From: Azolla caroliniana
Taxonomy: Eukaryota; Plantae; Polypodiophyta
Assembly (NCBI GenBank): GCA_043228905.1
Contig: JBHGNT010000004.1
Coordinates: 9,176,001 to 9,240,000 of the forward strand
DNA: 64,000 nucleotides
Direction of reading: 5' to 3'
Under the pieces are notes generated by a model that saw only the letters and a program-made list of their open reading frames with translations, was not told the DNA's origin and did no database searches. The position numbers and the translations under genes are program-made. Of the stretch, positions 41,926-53,165 are shown in pieces; within the stretch, counting starts at the first letter, position 1, and the number at the start of each line of letters is the position of its first letter.

Positions 41926-43432
41926 GATGTGGGGAGGATAGCTAATTAACTACTTTACACAACTATGGCAGTAGCTCATTAGCTAGTAGGATAGCTAATT
42001 AGCTAGTAGCTAATTAGTTGCCAATGCCATGAAATAGTGGAAACAGCATGTAAAACTGAGGTTCACAACAATAGTGTTTTTGAACACTTGATGTAGCATA
42101 CTGCCATAATGTTACATCAAGTGCTGCATCAAGTGTTCAAAAACACTGTTGTTGTGAACCTCAGTTTTACATGTTGTTTCCACTATTTCATAGCATTTCA
42201 AATCATTGCCTAATTCAGTACACTATTCCAAAAGAATAGGGTGGAGCTGATCTGAAGGAGATGTGATAGCAGAACTCTTACTTTCAGCCACGTTGGCAGC
42301 TATCTCCTCGTCTGTTGCAGCGTCATCAACACCAGACACATCATGTGCCGTCCTTAATCCACAAAATTCTACAATAACAAGGCAGCTATTTAGGATAGCT
42401 AATTAGCTACTTTACTAAACTATGGTAGTAGCTACGATAGCTAATTAGCTAGTACGATAGCTAATTAGCTACTTTCCTCAACTATGGTAGTAGGTAAGAT
42501 AGCTAATTAGCTACTATGGTAGCTAATTAGCTACTTTACTCAACTATGGTAGTAGCTAGGATAGCTAATTAGCTACTTTACTAACTATGGTAGTAGCTAG
42601 GATAGCTAATTAGCTACTTTACTCAACTATGGTAGTAACTAGCATAGCTAATTAGCTACTTTACTAACTATGGTAGTAGCTAGGACAGCTAATTAGCTAC
42701 TATGGTAGCTAATTAACTACTTTACTCAACTATGGTAGTAGCTAGGATAGCTAATTAGCTACTTTACTCAACTATGGTAGTAGCTAGGATAGCTAATTAG
42801 CTACTTTACTCAACTATGGTAGTAGCTAGGATAGCTAATTAGCTACTGGGATAGCTAATTAGCTACTTTTCTCAACTATGGTAATATCTAGGATAGCTAA
42901 TTAGCTACTAGGATAGCTAATTAGCTACTAGGATAGCTAATTAGCTACTTTCTCAACTATGTAGTAGCTAGGATAGCTAATTAGCTACTAGGATAGCTAA
43001 TTAGCTACTTTACACAACTATGGTACTAGCTAATTAGTTATGAGTAGCTAATTAGCTAGTAGCTAACTAGCTGCCAGTAGCTAATTAGCTGCCAGTAGGA
43101 TAGCTAATTAGCTAGTAGCTAACTAGCTGCCACTTAGCTAATTAACTACTGTAGTAAACTATGGCAGTAGCTAATTAGCTACTAGGATAGCTATTAGTTG
43201 CTTTAATCAACTATGGAAGTAGCTAATTAGCTGCCAGTAGGATAGCTAATTAGCTAGTAGCTATTTAGCTGCCACTTAGCTAATTAACTATTGTAGTAAA
43301 CTATGGCAGTAGCTAATTAGCTACTAGGATAGCTATTAGCTGCTTTAATCAACTATGGTAGTAGCTAATTAGCTACAACGATAGCAACAAAATAGTTTCC
43401 ATACTTTTTACGGCTTAGCTAATTAGAAGGGA
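40930..43432. repeat. Minisatellite built on the perfect 14-bp palindrome TAGCTAATTAGCTA (blocks 40930-41752, 41935-42020, 42385-43432)
   Basis: Dozens of copies in ~20-bp and ~40-bp units. Confidence 0.97.
42023..42197. repeat. Long hairpin with ~75-bp arms
   Basis: ATGAAATAGTGGAAAC..CACTTGATG / CATCAAGTG..GTTTCCACTATTTCAT, with only transition mismatches. Confidence 0.92.
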
Positions 43433-44790
43433 CTAAGCTTACTAGCTACAGTATGGTATACCTGTTAGTTTTCTCCACTCATTTGGTAGAGTTGTACTGC
43501 AATCTACCAAATAGAATGCAGCAATTCGATAGGCATATTGAAAACAAAGGAGATGGTATGTGTGGTTGCATGGTTGTAGGTGAACCAACAAAGACGTAGT
43601 TTTGTCCTCCATACCTAACCCGCAAGCGATGCAACGTGCTTGAACGGTCAATAAATCATTTTCTGGTTCTCCTTCATTTGGTAAGGGAGCAAGAATGTTC
43701 AGGTCCAAATCCTGTCTGCTCCTTACCATTCCCTCCACAAAATGTAGCTGCTTCTTAAAGCAGATAACTACCTGTTCTTGATGAATGTATTGTTCCTTCA
43801 ACGCAACAGAGAAATTTACCGATTAATTATTCCTGTCTGAGAAAGATACACCAACTTTGCTCAGGAATCGTTAACTTACTTGAAGCTTTTCCAAATTGTA
43901 ATCTGCAACAGTATTTACACCTAGAAGGTCCAGGTTCATTGAAAGAACCTGGATCTCTATTTGCAGTTGTATTTTACGCTGGGGATCTAGTGGCCCCTCT
44001 AATTCAAGCTCCTGTTGCGCAACCTATTCCAGATAATGCTTGATTAGCACATTTTACCCTTAAAGTTATTTATAACACAATCACATACCAACAAAAGAAT
44101 AGTTACCTGAATCTTATTTCTAATCGTTGTAACAGCGAAAGTAACTTTGCTCTCCATTGCAGAAGCCATTGTGGCTTTCTCTAAATCAGTCTTAAAAAAT
44201 GCCAATGTCTGACAGGCTTCATGGACATTTTTTAGCATATAGCTAACCAATGTCTCACCTGTATCATCGACATTGGCTTTCCTTGGGTGTCGGTGTTGTG
44301 TATGCCCCCGGTTTAGCCGGGAGTCGGCAGTTGCATCAACAGTTGCCATGCTCCAAAATCTGTCTATTTTTTGTGCCAAGGTCCCCATCTTTTGGCATCT
44401 TTCTATCGATGCCTCACCATAGACTGCCCAAGCTACCCTATACATTTCAGGATCTCTGGATTCCTTCGCTGTTTTGCAGTACTCATATGCAAATGCTCTA
44501 GCAAATGAAACTGACAACTCATTGTTGACTGGGATCTCCTGATGAACTTTCTGGTGCAGCCTCATGCAGTCATCGTACAAGTCGGCTCGTACATGCTTCA
44601 GCTTGACCTTGCCTTTGACTCTAGGCACTATATATATATTGTCATCTAGTCTACATCACTTATCAATTTATCACTTAGTACAGTAGGGTCAACACCCTTG
44701 AGTGACAGACCATAGGTGTTGTGGAAGTCCTCCTTTGTCTCGCAAAATTTTGCGAAGTTTAGCACTCTCAGATACGGAGGAACAAGCCAT
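42215..44790 (-). pseudogene. Multi-exon gene remnant with coiled coil and RING-H2-like finger, convergent with the transposase
   Basis: ATG at 44790 after a TTTCAG acceptor. Coding pieces about 44700-44790, 44107-44628, 43880-44030, 43442-43810 (CIAC..CNHTYHLLC..YLVDC) and 42215-42368. Exon borders are approximate. Confidence 0.6.
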
Positions 44791-44791
44791 C

Positions 44792-45572
44792 TGAAATATC
44801 AAATCAGAAATCAGAAATAGTGCAAAATCAGAATATGTCAGAATCAGAAATCGCAATCAACAACAACAGAAATAGTGCAAAATCATTAACTTAGCAAATC
44901 AGAAACCCCTTTCAGAAATTGCAATCAGATATTTCTAAACAGAAACCCTAATCATAATTTGTATTCAGAAATTTGAAATCAGAAACCCTAATCAAAATCT
45001 GTAATTAGAAGTTTGTAACCAGAAACCCTATTCAGAAATACTAATCAGAAATTTATAATCAAAAACCCTAATCAGAAATTTTAATCAGAAACCATAATCA
45101 GAAAATTGTAACCAGAAACAAAAACCCTAATCATAATTTGTATTCAGAAATTTGAAATCAAAAACCCTAATCAAAATCTATAATCAGAAGTTTGAAATCA
45201 AAAACCCTAATCAAAATCTGTAATCAGAAGTTTGTAACCAGAAACCCTATTCAAAAATTCTAATCAGAAATTTATAATAAAAAACCCTAATCAGACATTT
45301 CAATCAGAAACACTAATAAAAAATTTCAATCACAAACCCTAATCAGAAATTCTAATCACAAATTTATAAAGAAAAACCCTATTCATAAATTCTAATATGT
45401 AATCAAAATCTGTAACCAGAAACCCTATTCATAAATTATAATCAGAAATTTATAATAAAAAACCCTAATCAGAAATTTCAATCAGAAACCCTAATCAGAA
45501 ATTTCAATCACAAACCCTAATCAGAAATTTATAAACAGAAACCCTAATCAGAAATTTTAATCAGAAACCCCA
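44792..45572. repeat. Telo-box (AAACCCTAA)-containing minisatellite, ~25-bp units
   Basis: Repeated AGAAACCCTAATCAGAAATTT(C/T)AATC. Confidence 0.93.
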
Positions 45573-45574
45573 AT

Positions 45575-48500
45575 CTATTTGTTAAACGGAATGGCCAAAA
45601 CAACACTTTTTGCGGGTAAATGCAGAGTAAGCATTGAAACTCTAGGAGTTCCGCTACCATGGAAAGGTGGTACTATGACAGAATCATATGCCCCCTTCAC
45701 ACTCCTAAATGGTAGTATTGCACAAAGTGTAGCTGTTACCGACAACAAGAATAAGGATACAAGAAATCTGAAGGGCGATGGAATGTAAGTACTTATAATA
45801 GCATAAGACACAATATTGCTTTTTGTTTATGTTTTTGCCATTGTTAAAAACAAAAAATAGTTTTAGCCAAAACAACACTTTTTGCTGGTGAATGTAGAGT
45901 AAGCATTGAATCTCTACAAGTTCAGCTACCACTAAAAGATGGTACTATGACAAAATCCTATGGCCCCTTCACACTCCCAAAGGGTAGTATTGCACGAAGT
46001 GTAGTTGTGACCGACAACAAGAATAAGGATAGAAGAAATTTGAAGGGCGATGGAATGTAAGTACTTATAATAGCATAAGACAAAATTAAACATATATACA
46101 TTATAATAGCATAACACAAAATATTCTTTTTTGTTTATGTATTTGCCATTCTTAAAAACAGAAAATTGTTTTAGCCAAAACAACAGTTTTTTGCTGGTAA
46201 ATGCAGAGCGAGCATTGAAACTCTACGAGTTCTGCTGGCACGGAATGGTGGTACTATGACAAAATCCTATGCCCCCTTCACACTCACAAAGGGTAGTATT
46301 GCACGAAGGGTAGCTGTGACCGATAACAAGAATAAGGATACAAGAAATTTGAAGGGCTATGACAAAATCCTATGCCCCCTTCACACTCACAAAGGGTAGT
46401 ATTGCACGAAGGGTAGCTGTGACGGATAACAAGAATAAGGATAGAAGAAATTTGAAGGGCGATCGAATGTAAGTACTTATAATAGCATAAGACCAAATTA
46501 AACATATATACATTATAATAGCATAACACAAAATATTCTTTTTTGTTTATGTATTTGCCATTCTTAAAAACAGAAAATTGTTTTAGCCAAAAGAACAGTT
46601 TTTTGCTGGTGAATGCAGAGTGAGCATTGAAACTCTACGAGTTCTACTGGCACGAAATGGTGGTACTATGACAAAATCCTATGCCCCCTTTATACTCACA
46701 TAGGGTAGTATTGCACGAAGGGTAGTTGTGACCGATAACAAGAATAAGGATACAAGAAATTTGAAGGGTTGTGACAAAATCGTATGCCTCCTTCACACTT
46801 ACAAAGGGTAGTATTGCATGAAGGGTAGCTGTGACGGATAACAAGAATAAGGATACAAGAAATTTGAAGGGCTATGAAAGATAAGTACTTATAATAGCGT
46901 AAGACACAATAAAACATACATATATTATAATAGCATAACACAAAATATTCTTTTTTGTTTATGTTTTTGCCATTGTTCAAAACAAAAAATTATTGTAGCC
47001 AAAAAACACTTTTTGTTGGTGAATGCAAAGAAAGCATTGAAACTCTACGATTTCTGCTAACACGGAATGGTGGTACTATGATAAAATCCTATGCCCTCTT
47101 CACACTCACAAAGGGTAGTATTGCACGAAGGGTAGCTGTGACCGACAACAAGAATAAGGATACAAGAAATTTGAAGGGCGATGGAAGGTAAGTACTTATA
47201 ATAGAATAAGACACAATAAAAAATACATACATTATAATAGCAAAACAAAAAATATTCTTTTTTGTTTATGTTTTTGCCATTGTTAAAAACAAAAAATAAT
47301 TTTAGCCAAAACAACACTTTTTGTTGGTGAATGTAGAGTAAGCATTGAAACTCTACGAGTTCTGTTACCACGGAATGGTGGTACTATGACAAAATCCTAT
47401 GCCCCCTTCACACTCCCAAAGGATAGTATTGCACGAAGGGTAGCTGTGACTAACAACAAGAATAAGGATAGAAGAAATTTGAAGGGCGATGGAAGGTAGG
47501 TACTTTTAATAGGATAAGACACAATGAAACATTCATACATTATAATAGCATAAGACACAATATTCTTTTTTGGGTGGTGAATGCAGAGTGAGCACTGGAA
47601 CTCTACGAGTTCAGTTGCCATGAAGGGAAAATACTTTTGCAAAATTGTTGGCCCCCATCACACTCACAGAGGGTAGTACTGCATGAAATTTGAAGGACGA
47701 TGGAAGGTAAGTACTTATAGTAGGATAACACACAATAAGAGATACATACATTATAATAGCATAAGACATAATATTCTTTTTTTTAATTATGTTTTTGCCA
47801 TTGTTAAAAGCAAAAAATTGGTGGGAGAGGCAAAAGCGTATTGATTCTAAAGATGCTAAAGATTGTGTGGAGGAGGATGTTGTAGAAGTGGTGATGGAGA
47901 CCAACTCTATGTTAGCAACTTTTGATAGGTTTTGTGATCGTGGTGTTATTTTGTATTTCACCAGGAAACTTCCTTTGGTATTATGGATTAAGCAGTGGTT
48001 AAATTCATTCATAATGCCCAATTGTGTTGAGGATATGTATGTGGTTCCAAGAGGTTTCTATAATGTAGTATTGCACGAAGGGTAGTTGTGACCGACAATA
48101 AGAATAAGGATACAAGAAATTTGAAGGGTGATGGAAGGTCAGTACTTATAATAGCATAAGACATAGTAAAACATACATACATTATAATAGCATAAGACAC
48201 AATATTCTTTCTTGTTTATGTTTTTGCCATGGTTAAAAACAAAAAATTGTTTTAGCTAAAACAACACTTTTTGCTGGTAAATGCAGAGTAAGCATTGAAA
48301 CTCTAGGAGTTCCGCTACCATGGAAAGGTGGTACTATGACAGAATCATATGCCCCCTTCACACTCCCAAATGGTAGTATTGCACAAAGTGTAGCTGTGAC
48401 CGACAACAAGAATAAGGATACAAGAAATCTGAAGGGCGATGGAATGTAAGTACTTATAATAGCATAAGACACAATATTGTTTTTTGTTTATGTTTTTGCC

Positions 48501-49350
48501 ATTGTTAAAAACAAAAAATAGTTTTAGCCAAAACAACACTTTTTGCTGGTGAATGTAGAGTAAGCATTGAATCTCTACGAGTTCAGCTACCACGAAAAGA
48601 TGGTACTATGACAAAATCCTATGGCCCCTTCACACTCCCAAAGGGTAGTATTGCACGAAGTGTAGTTGTGACCGACAACAAGAATAAGGATAGAAGAAAT
48701 TTGAAGGGCGATGGAATGTAAGTACTTATAATAGCATAAGACAAAATTAAACATATATAGATTATAATAGCATAACACAAAATATTCTTTTTTGTTTATG
48801 TATTTGCCATTCTTAAAAACAGAAAATTGTTTTAGCCAAAAGAACAGTTTTTTGCTGGTGAATGCAAAGTGAGCATTGAAACTCTATGAGTTCTGCTGGC
48901 ACGGAATGGTGGTACTATGATAAAATCCTATGCCCCCTTCACACTCACAAAGGGTAGTATTGCACGAAGGGTAGCTGTGACCGACAACAAGAATAAGGAT
49001 ACAAGAAATTTCAAGGGAGATGGAAGGTAAGTACTTATAATAGCACAAGACACAATAAAACAATCATACATTATAATAGCATAAGACACAATATTCTTTT
49101 TTGGGTGGTGAATGCAGAGTGAGCACTGGAACTCTACGAGTTCAGTTGCCATGAAGGGAAAATACTTTTGCAAAATTGTTGGCCCCCATCACACTCACAG
49201 AGGGTAGTACTACATGAAATTTGAAGGATGATGGAAGGTAAGTACTTATAGTAGGATAACACACAATAAGAGATACATACATTATAATAGCATAAGACAC
49301 AATATTCTTTTTTTTTTTATGTTTTTGACATTGTTAAAAGCAAAAAATTG
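45575..49350 (+). repeat. ~280-310-bp tandem satellite with exon/intron-like unit and higher-order duplications
   Basis: About 12 units of TGCAG|159 nt|GTAAGT plus an AT-rich spacer. Block copies at offsets 2661 and 1531. Confidence 0.92.
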
Positions 49351-50173
49351 GTGGGAGAGGCAAAAGTGTATTGATTCTACAAAACATGAGAAAATATCAT
49401 ATGATGCTATTCTTGGTGGGAAAGATGTTATTGGAGATGATTATGATATTGATAGTAGTAGTGATTTTGTTAAGGCTTTGCTTTCTGATTTTATGGAAAA
49501 AACTGACAAAGATGCTAAAGATTGTGTGGAGGAGGATGTTGTAGAAGTGGTGATAATACCTTTGCATTCACAAGTGGAAGGATTGCGCATTCCACTTATA
49601 GATTCCTTTTATAATCTTGCGATTTTAGACAATTTCCAAAAACTTGATACACTAGTATCACATGTTTTAAATAGCATGTAAATTTTGCTAATTTTTTGAG
49701 ATTTAACAAATTTCAAAATGATAATTTCTAAAATTGAATAGTTTAGGGATAATGTTTAAAGGTTGATGGTTTGCAGATATGAAATGTAGTTAACTTAAAG
49801 AAAATCACAATTATGGTCAACTCAAGGCACAAGTTAAGATTAATGGTTTCACCGTCTTGAGAAGATTAAGGTTACATCTATTGTTAGACTTGAAAATGTT
49901 TTAAGTATAAAAGGTAATATTGCAATCCTTAATGTCATCATCTATAAATTAGTGCTCATTAACATCCATAAATTCACAACTCAAGAAATGTAGACAATAT
50001 TTATAAACAATTTTGATAAATCCACAACTCCTAAAATGTAGACGATATTCATAAATTGTCAAACTTTAGATGTGAACATTAATATATCAATTTGAACATA
50101 ACACATAGTTATCAAGGTATCTACAATGTTATAATCTCCTTCCTTATAAGAATTCCCCTTCAAAATTTGTGAA

Positions 50174-53165
50174 GTAAATGGCATTTGCAAAGTTTAATTT
50201 CCATCAACACAATTATTAATGGTTTTCTTCTAATAAATGAAGCACATATTTACCATAAGGTATCTTGTTCTGCAACATACATCTTTAAAAAACCTCTTTT
50301 ATTTGAAAAACAACAAGAGTTTTAAACATGAACACGATATGTTGTATTGAATTGACGTAAAAAATAGAGTTTTCATCATAACTCTATACAATATATTGAA
50401 TTCATGTTCAAAGTTTTTTTACCGGATTTAAAAAATAATAATAATAATAAATTAAGCTTGAGTTCATAGAAAAACCAGATTTTTCATCACAATTCAATAC
50501 AATGTATCGAGTTCATGTTTAAAGTAATTTTTTCTAATTTTTAAAAAAACATTTTCAATTTGTTTCAAATTTTTTTATTTTTTTTCAATTTTTTTTTGTT
50601 TTTTTCAATTTTTTTATTTTTTTATTTTTTATGGAAATAATAATAATTTTAAACATGAACTCGATACATTGTATCGACTTGTGATAAAAACTCTGGTTTC
50701 TTCATCACTTATTAAAGCTCCAAAACAAAATTCTAAGACAGAGACGAAATTGGTACTAAGAGAGAAATATTAGTACTAAGAAGAATTTCAGGTGTAGAAC
50801 ACTTGAGAAAAGAAGAGAGAGAGAGAGAGTGAGAGAGAGAGAGGGACTGAGAGGGAATGATGATGACATCAGTTAATCTACGGCGTATCGAGTTCATGCG
50901 TATCGAGTTCATGTTGAAAAGCTAACTTTTGTACATGCACTCGATACGCCTTTTCAACATGAACTCGAAACGGCGTATCGAGTTCATGTTTAAAGTTTTA
51001 TTTTGGATTGTTTTTTTTAAATAATTACATTTTTCCCTATTTTCTTTTGGTATTTTCTTTTTTTTGCTAAAAAATTTTGAGCTTTAATAAGTGATGAAAA
51101 TAATATTTCATATATTACAATGTATGGTCTAATGGTCAAGAGCTTGACCCATGTAGCATAAGGTCATGGGTTCGAGTCCTACCATATCATGACATGAACT
51201 AAGCTAGCTTTTTTACATGAACTCGATACGCCTTTTCAACATGAACTCGATACGCCGTATCGAGTTCATGTTTAAAGTTTTATTTCGTATTTTCTTTAAA
51301 AAATAATTACATTTTTTCCTATTTTATTTTGGTATTTTGTTTTTTTTTCTAAAAAACTTTAAGCTTTAATAAGTGATGAAAATAATATTTTGTGTATTAC
51401 AATGTATGGTCTAATGGTCAAGAGCTTGACTCATGTACCACAAGGTCGTGGGTTTGAGTCCTACCATATCATGACATGAACTCGATACACCTTTTCCACA
51501 TGAACTCGATACGCCGTATCGAGTTCATGTTTAAAGTTTTATTTCGGATTTCTTTTTAAAAATAATTACATTTTTTCCTATTTTATTTTGGTATTTTCTT
51601 TTTTTTTCTAAAAAACTTTGAGCTTTAGTAAGTGATGAAAATAATATTTTATGTATTACAATGTATGGTCTAATGGTCAAGAGCTTGACCCATGTGGCAT
51701 AAGGTCATGGGTTCGAGTCCTACCATATCATGACATGAACTAAGCTAAACTTTTTACATGAACTCGATACGTCTTTTCAACATGAACTCGATACGCCGTA
51801 TCGAGTTCATGTTGAAAAGCTAACTTTTTTACATGAACTCGATACGGCGTATCGAGTTCATGTTTAAAGTTTTATTTCGGATTTTTTTTTTTAAATAATT
51901 ACATTTTTTCCTATTTTATTTTGGTATTTTGTTTTCTTTTCTAAAAAACTTTAAGCTTTAATAAGTGATGAAAATAATATTTCAGTATTACAATGTATGG
52001 TCTAATGGTCGAGAGCTTAACCCATGTAGCATAAGGTCATGGGTTCTAGTCCTACCATATCATGACATGAACTAAGCTAACTTTTTTACATGAACTCGAT
52101 ACGCCTTTTCAAGATGAACTCGATACGGCGTATCGAGTTCATGTTGAAAAGCTAACTTTTTTACATGAACCCGATACGCCGTATCGAGTTCATCTTGAAA
52201 AGCTAACTTTTTTACATGAACCCGATACGGCGTATCGAGTTCATGTTGAAAAGCTAACTTTTTTACGTGAACTGGATACGGCGTATCGAGTTCATGTTTA
52301 AAGTTTTATTTCGGATTTTTTTTTTTAAATAATTACATTTTTTCCTATTTTAGTATGGTTTTTTTTTTTTTTTCCTAAAAAGAAATTGAGTTTTAATAAG
52401 TGATAAAAATAATATTTTATGTATTACAATGTATGGTCTAATGGTCAAGAGCTTGACCTATGTAACATAAGGTCATGGGTTCGAGTCCTACCATATCATG
52501 ACATGAAAAGTTTAATTTTGGATTTTTTTTAAAAAATAATTAAATTTTTTTTCTATTTTATTTTGGTATTTTGTTTTTTTTCCTAAAACAAAATTGAGCT
52601 TTAATAAGTGATGAAAAAACCAGAGCTTTTATCACAAGTCGATACAATGTTTCAAATTGATGTTTAAAAAATAAAAAAAAATCAATAAAAAATTATGAAA
52701 AATTGAAAAAAATTGAAACAAAATTGAAAACAATTAGAAAAAATTACTTTAAGCATGAACTCAATACATTATATCGAATTGCGATGAAAATTATGGTTTT
52801 CTAGATGAACTCAAGCACAATTTATTATTATTATTATTTTTTAAATCCAGTAAAAAAAACTTTGAGCAAGAATTCAATACATTGTATGGAATTATGATGA
52901 AAACTCTATTTTTTACATCAACTCAATATAACATATCGACTTAATGTTTAAAATCTTGTTGTTTTTCAAATAAAAGAGGTTTTTTAAACATGAACTTGAA
53001 TTGTACTAAAATGTTTGTTTTAACAAGAGAAAAATATGCATATCGATAGTGCAAACAAGTATGTTGTACAACAAGATACTTTATGGTGAACATGTGCATC
53101 ATTGATTAACAAAAAACTATTAATAATTGTGTTGATGGTAATTGAACCTTGCAAATGCCATTTAC
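50174..53165. repeat. Foldback: ~550-bp inverted arms (50174-50720 / 52596-53165)
   Basis: GTAAATGGCATTTGCAA..CATCACTTATTAAAGCTC versus GAGCTTTAATAAGTGATG..TTGCAAATGCCATTTAC. Confidence 0.88.
50880..52510 (+). repeat. Five tandem units, each with a tRNA-like A/B-box cassette and palindromes CATGAACTCGATACG-N-CGTATCGAGTTCATG
   Basis: Cassettes start at 51121, 51403, 51662, 51994 and 52430: TGGTCTAATGG..GGTTCGAGTCC. Confidence 0.88.

Noticed and set aside
44792-45572. True telomere or chromosome-fusion scar
   Set aside because: AAACCCT units are separated by non-telomeric spacers, and there is no head-to-head (TTTAGGG)n array.
51121-52498. Functional tRNA genes
   Set aside because: A/B boxes are present, but I cannot build a canonical acceptor stem and 7-nt anticodon loop, so they are treated as tRNA-like only.
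50880-52510. Palindromic repeats resembling a CRISPR array
   Set aside because: The intervening sequences are themselves repeated rather than unique spacers, spacing is irregular, the context is eukaryotic and no cas genes are present.
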